Source: the human T2T-CHM13v2.0 reference genome, Homo sapiens. From it: a stretch of DNA of 64,000 nucleotides. The notes beneath the pieces were generated by a model, which was given only the letters and a program-made list of their open reading frames with translations, was not told where the DNA came from and searched no databases. The position numbers and the translations under genes are program-made. Shown in pieces: positions 60,318 to 64,000 of the stretch. The stretch is from assembly GCF_009914755.1 (NCBI RefSeq), contig NC_060935.1; one strand, given 5' to 3'. Position 1 is the first letter of the stretch. Every line of letters begins with the position of its first letter.

Positions 60318-62506
60318 CATTGAGATACTTTTTTACTCAGTTTTTTTCTAAGAATGGATTTTCCTCTTTATGAAAACAAAATATTCCTTTTCTTTATAAA
60401 ACTTTATAGGCAAATTTATCAAGCTGGTAAATTCCATAACAGGCTGAACCAAATGAAATACCTAAGTAAAGCAAATTACATGATTAGAAGGCTAATTATG
60501 GTATTACTGCATAGGTTTAGTATTAATGCATATGTTCTAAGTTTATTGCAACTACACTAACTTCGTAATTTTAGATTTGCAGTTGCATCCTCCTAACTGC
60601 ATCTAATGGCAGAAGCACCACCTTGTGGCAAAAGTAGGAGCTTTTAAATTACAGAAGTTAGGGCTTGTTACCCAGAAAGGAGAAAACAATATAATGGGCA
60701 TCCAGGACACTGCGCTATTTCTTGACCTGTAGAGGGATTCCATCAGTGCTCAATTTATAATTATTTATTCAACCATATGACTTTTCTGTATTTATTGTAT
60801 TTCCTACTTTTAAAAGTTTGGGAAAAAAGTCTTTTACATACCTGAATTAAAGGTCACATTCCTAAATGCTTGAATTTTCTAAGCACCACTTATATTTTCA
60901 AGAATTTCCTAGAACTTCGAGGAATCTTTAACCTTGTAAATGCACTGTTGTATTTTTATGATAGGAAATAAAACACCAGAAAGACACTTATTCTTTGGTA
61001 AGTAACAGAAGAATTCCCTACAGATGTCTTCCTCTGAATGTTTTCATTCCTGCTCTCCCAAAGCCTCCAAGAGCAAATGCAGCTGCTTTCAAATCATCTG
61101 AAAGACTTCTACATTCCTATACCAACAGGTCTGAAAATTGTTAGAAACAAAAAACAAAACTCCCCTAAAACCAACAGATTTTGCAGGATCAATATAAAAT
61201 ATTAAGGATATATAGCACATTTAACTATGTAACAATATTCAATCAAAAAAAGGTTTCCCTGTCACGTTTTATTTACCATATTTTCAGGGCTTGATACATA
61301 GTATTCACAAAATGACCTGAATTAGCTGGAGAGATTTATCACCCTCTGTAACTGCTATGTCATCACTTTCCTTAGCGGTGAACTGAATCGCATTTAGTAC
61401 CTCTTTTCACAGCCAAGAGCAATTTTTTTTTTTTTAAGGAAAAAAACTTTATTCCTTTTTTCCTAGGAACTTGTCAGGATACTTTAGTGACCATTCCCTC
61501 ACTATAACTCTCACCCAGACCCACCTAACTGATGCATGAGAAGAGCCACTAGCTGATGTGGCCCACAGCTCAGACTGAGCCAGCATGGCTTGTGCAGGGG
61601 TAGGTAGCACAGCATCATCCAGACACTGCCTCCCCTGGTAGCTTCCATTACATCATGGACAGCACTGCTCTTCCCTGACTTAACCTTCTGCTTTGTTCAA
61701 ATACTAGAAATATTAGATTTCAAGTTCAATAAAGATGTGGGCAGATCTGCCTAAGAATATTTCACAGGACAATGCCTTCCACTGAGTTAATGTTACTTGC
61801 TCAAATAACCCTTATGCTCAAGTTAGGTACAGAAAAAATATTTTTAAGAAAGTCAATAGAATGTTATATTGCAAGTTTTGACTTAGGCCTCTTCAAAAGT
61901 GCTATATGAGGCAGCCACTAACCAAGTGTCTGTCTCTTATAATTTGACACATTCCAGGTATGACTATTCTAATGGTCATGAGTATCACTGAGTCAAGTAT
62001 TTGTTTCTACCTATGAAGAAATGTCGGGCCATTGTACTCCCAAGATGTATAACTTGAATTTTAAAGTAAAGCTGTCGCATAAAACTAGAAGAAGGAATAA
62101 TCTCAGGGATCTTTTTACAGAGGATTATAAAGAATGGGATTATTTAACTTAAATCTGAAGATGTCTAATTCTTATTTCTCCCCGAAAACAAGTAAAAAAT
62201 AGAAGCTTAACATGGGCTACTAAGATTTCTGGAATTGCCCATTCAGAAATGTATCACAGGAACCAAAGTTGAGATAAAATATTGTTAATGAGAAATCCTG
62301 GCATTGACATTCCACATTAAATATATTTCTATACTTTACTGTAAGGTTCAACTGACCACTCTACCTAAAACAAATTCTTCAATATTTTCAAGATGTAGTT
62401 TAAAACAATTTTTAACCCGTTTCCTCCTAGAACTAGGCACGCATATATGTATGAAAGAGAAGAAAAAGCAAAGGAGAAAGGAAGAGTGGGGAACGGGGGG
62501 GAGAGG

Positions 62507-62509
<3 letters not shown>

Positions 62510-62549
<40 letters not shown>
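62510..62549. repeat. (GA)n microsatellite in MRE11 3' UTR
   Basis: About 20 uninterrupted GA units. Confidence 0.95.
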
Positions 62550-62552
<3 letters not shown>

Positions 62553-63179
62553 ACCATTAAGGATACAGAATAATAAAGGAAATTACTACCACTTAATGGG
62601 AACACAATCTTTTGAAATCTTTGCTACAACTGGAATAAAAAACTCAGTAATTCTGAAAGGTTATTCTACTCTTTTAAATAAAAACATATCTGTTCAAACT
62701 ATTAGGTACTTCTAATCATTTAGTCTTATAAGAAGCATTGGAAAAAAACATACATAGTAACAAACAGTGAATTTAGACATAGGTTCGCATAAATTGTTTT
62801 ACTTTCAGAAAACCCAGAACCTCTAGGAAATTACTAAAATTATGAAGAAGTTAAATTTTATAAGCTCTTTCCCTCAACTTTGGCTAAATGTAACCATATT
62901 AAAATACTGACATAGTTTTTCATTATGAAATAGAAATGTAAAATGGTAGCTTTATTTTAATCTTTACTCAAGAGTGATATTGAAACAAAGCTCTTACTAC
63001 AACAACCAGGTTAAAAAAACAAGGTGAATCAATGCTATTGTATGTCTGTGAACTAGAAATTTCTTACTTATGGAGTTATGCTCAGGAAACAATACTTAAA
63101 ATCTTAAACTGTAAACTCTTAGCTTGTAACATTTTCATTTTTCCTGTATCTTGCATGTTTCTCAGTGCCATTAAATATA

Positions 63180-63236
63180 TTATCTTCTATTTCTTCTTAA
63201 AGAACTAGTGTTCATAAAAGGATCATCATCATCATC
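63180..63236 (-). CDS. MRE11: MRE11 last coding exon
   Basis: Pyrimidine tract + CAG acceptor at 63237-63238; reads DDDDDPFMNTSSLRRNRR-TAA, the recognisable MRE11 C-terminus. Confidence 0.93.
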   Translation of the reverse strand, partial: DDDDDPFMNTSSLRRNRR

Positions 63237-63805
63237 CTGAAATGAGATACAAATGTTGTATTAGTGATTGTTCCCTGCTTCACTGAAACAAGACAGAAGT
63301 TCTTATGGGCAAAACAATACCAGTGAGAGTCATTTCACATGGGATAGACTTTATTTTTCTATTTCCTTTATAACTGCAAAATATATTAAGTACAATTAAA
63401 TTCTTAATGAGCATTAAAATGAAAATTTATCCTGCTGTGTGTGCATGTATCTACAATATAAACCACACACATTTCCCTTACTAACCTTAATAAAGATAAA
63501 TGAAGTATAGGTAAGCCAGAAAAATAATTCAAGTCATTTTATATTTGGTTTTTGAATATATTTTCTCATTTACATTTTATTACAGTTGTATCTACTCTTC
63601 TGGAAATTCACAGCGAAAAAATAATGAAGCCACATGGAGATCCAACTCAGAAACAGCTGTAATTTTATTTCCCATTACCATTTAATACTAGAAATAGCTA
63701 GCTACTCTCACACTTATGCAAAAAACAACCTAGCAAAGCAAGCTTTCAAATAGTTTTTTGGATAAAAAAAGAAATACATGCAGTTATTTCAAGAGTTCCC
63801 ATGCT

Positions 63806-64000
63806 GGCCGGGCGCGGTGGCTCACGCCTGTAATCCCAGCACTTTGGAAGGCCGAGGCGGGTGGATCACGAGGTCAGGAGATCGAGACCATCCTGGCTAG
63901 CACGGTGAAACCCCGTCTCTACTAGAAATACAAAAAATTGGCCGGGTGTGGTGGCGGGCGCCTGTAGTCCCAGCTACTCGGGAGGCTGAGGCAGGAGAAT
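63806..64000 (+). mobile_element. AluY, cut by window edge (MRE11 last intron)
   Basis: Near-consensus AluY 5' portion. Confidence 0.92.

Overview
Primate (almost certainly human) genomic DNA, repeat-rich. It holds the complete four-exon GPR83 gene on the minus strand (CDS 44282->23186, 423 aa, CpG-island/TATA/CCAAT promoter, ~2.8 kb 3' UTR) and the last coding exon plus long Alu-containing 3' UTR of MRE11 (minus strand, 63236->~58620). Most of the rest is transposon-derived: three full-length but decayed plus-strand L1PA elements, a 5'-truncated L1 hosting nested insertions in GPR83 intron 3, a twin-primed inverted L1, many Alus, ERVL/MaLR LTRs and Tigger-type DNA elements. The most unusual observations are (1) a ~490-bp-arm inverted repeat I cannot assign to a known family between GPR83 and MRE11, (2) mosaic sharing of private variants among the neighbouring L1 copies, suggesting ectopic gene conversion across GPR83 exon 4, and (3) several retrotransposition oddities. 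No new protein-coding system is evident. Repeat subfamily names are by-eye estimates.
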